Part shown: one piece after another, positions 63,116 through 64,000 of the stretch
How the letters are laid out: every line of letters begins with the position of its first letter
Position numbering within the stretch: the first letter of the stretch is position 1
Assembly (NCBI GenBank): GCA_026770705.1
Contig: JANJGN010000036.1
Location: 3,286,001-3,350,000 of the forward strand
Origin: Isurus oxyrinchus
Lineage: Eukaryota
Length of the DNA stretch: 64,000 bases
Direction of reading: 5' to 3'
Notes under the pieces: model-generated
Told to the model about the DNA's origin: nothing
The model's input: only the letters and a program-made list of their open reading frames with translations
Database searches by the model: none
Translations under genes and position numbers: made by a program

Positions 63116-64000
63116 AAATAAAACATGCATATACACACAGATACACTCTCACTTATGTACAAACAAGGGCAAAAAGGCACACACATGAACACGGACATAT
63201 ACAGAGATATAACTGCATACTCAAATCTTGTATAACACTGCAAAATGTGACTTCCTCTAACAAACAGAACCGGCAGGGATAACACTCTAGATCAGTGTCT
63301 GTTGAAGGAATTACTCAGTGATACTTACCTGACCCTTCTATTATTAGATGTCAATGCGGTTTCCAGTTAGAACGATAATGGGGACCGGATGCAAATAAAG
63401 GTGATGATCACAGACTAATGTCCTCTGTTAACGGGGAGACACGTCCCTTGCAATCTGGAGCTAAATACAGAGAAAAGTGTCGAACAAGCAATGCTGGTTA
63501 TAAATCTAAGAATGAGAGATAATCTCAATGAATCATATAAGATTCTGAGGGAGCTTTGATAGGGTAGGTGTTGAGAGACTGTTTGCACTGGTGGGGAATC
63601 AGGAACTAGTGTCCATAGCTTCAGAAAGAGCGTTTTCTCAATTCCGACTGAGATGAGGAGATGTTTCTCCTCTTAGATTGATTTTTGAATTGTCCTGCCC
63701 AGGGAGCAGTTGAAGCTGGGTCAGGGAACTAGCTGAAGTCTGAGTCAGACAGGGTTTTCATTGACAAGGTCGTCCTGAAGTAAGAATTCGTGATTCGACA
63801 AACCTGGCGCCCGGCAGCAAGTCAATGTGGGTAAATTGCTGAATTTCTGGGTTAAAGCGACACTGGGAATCGGATTCCTTCCTCCACCCGCACCACCACC
63901 CACCCAGCCGCCGCCACCCCCCCCCCCCCCCCCCCCCCCCCCCCCACCCCCACCTCCATCCGAGCGGCGGAAATGATAAATCGACGAGAGTTGTGCAAAT

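Noticed and set aside
63804-63821. TGGCGCCCG as a tRNA-Lys primer-binding site of an LTR element
   Set aside because: Only the first 9 nt match and no LTR or gag/pol sequence is adjacent within the window.

Overview
Repeat-rich vertebrate genomic DNA. The immunoglobulin organisation and the repeat families point to a cartilaginous fish (shark); the species cannot be fixed from the sequence. The main gene is a complete, unrearranged immunoglobulin light-chain mini-cluster on the minus strand, about 2.75 kb long: octamer promoter, leader exon (32689-32737), V exon (32217-32542) with a 12-spacer RSS, a single J (31794-31830) with a non-consensus 23-spacer RSS, and a C exon (29986-30314). It most resembles the cartilaginous-fish type I / NS5 / sigma-cart isotype. 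A non-repetitive island about 8.6 kb upstream (about 41430-41590) carries a B-cell-type motif cluster (Ets-IRF composite GAGGAACTGAAA, two E-boxes, two RUNX sites) and is a candidate enhancer. Also present: a two-exon, frameshifted GPR139/GPR142-like GPCR pseudogene (57770-60308, minus); four Penelope-like insertions carrying five minimal hammerhead-ribozyme motifs, the four complete ones sharing a non-canonical core; many CR1-type LINE fragments; SINE-derived tandem repeats; a quasi-palindromic 30-bp minisatellite in four arrays; and duplicated sequence modules on both sides of the Ig cluster. Seven N-runs (about 4159-4331, 22021-22217, 23225-23399, 24728-24863, 27147-27380, 42136-42287, 47146-47287) hide part of the sequence. 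Most of the short ORFs in the supplied track are simple-repeat artefacts.
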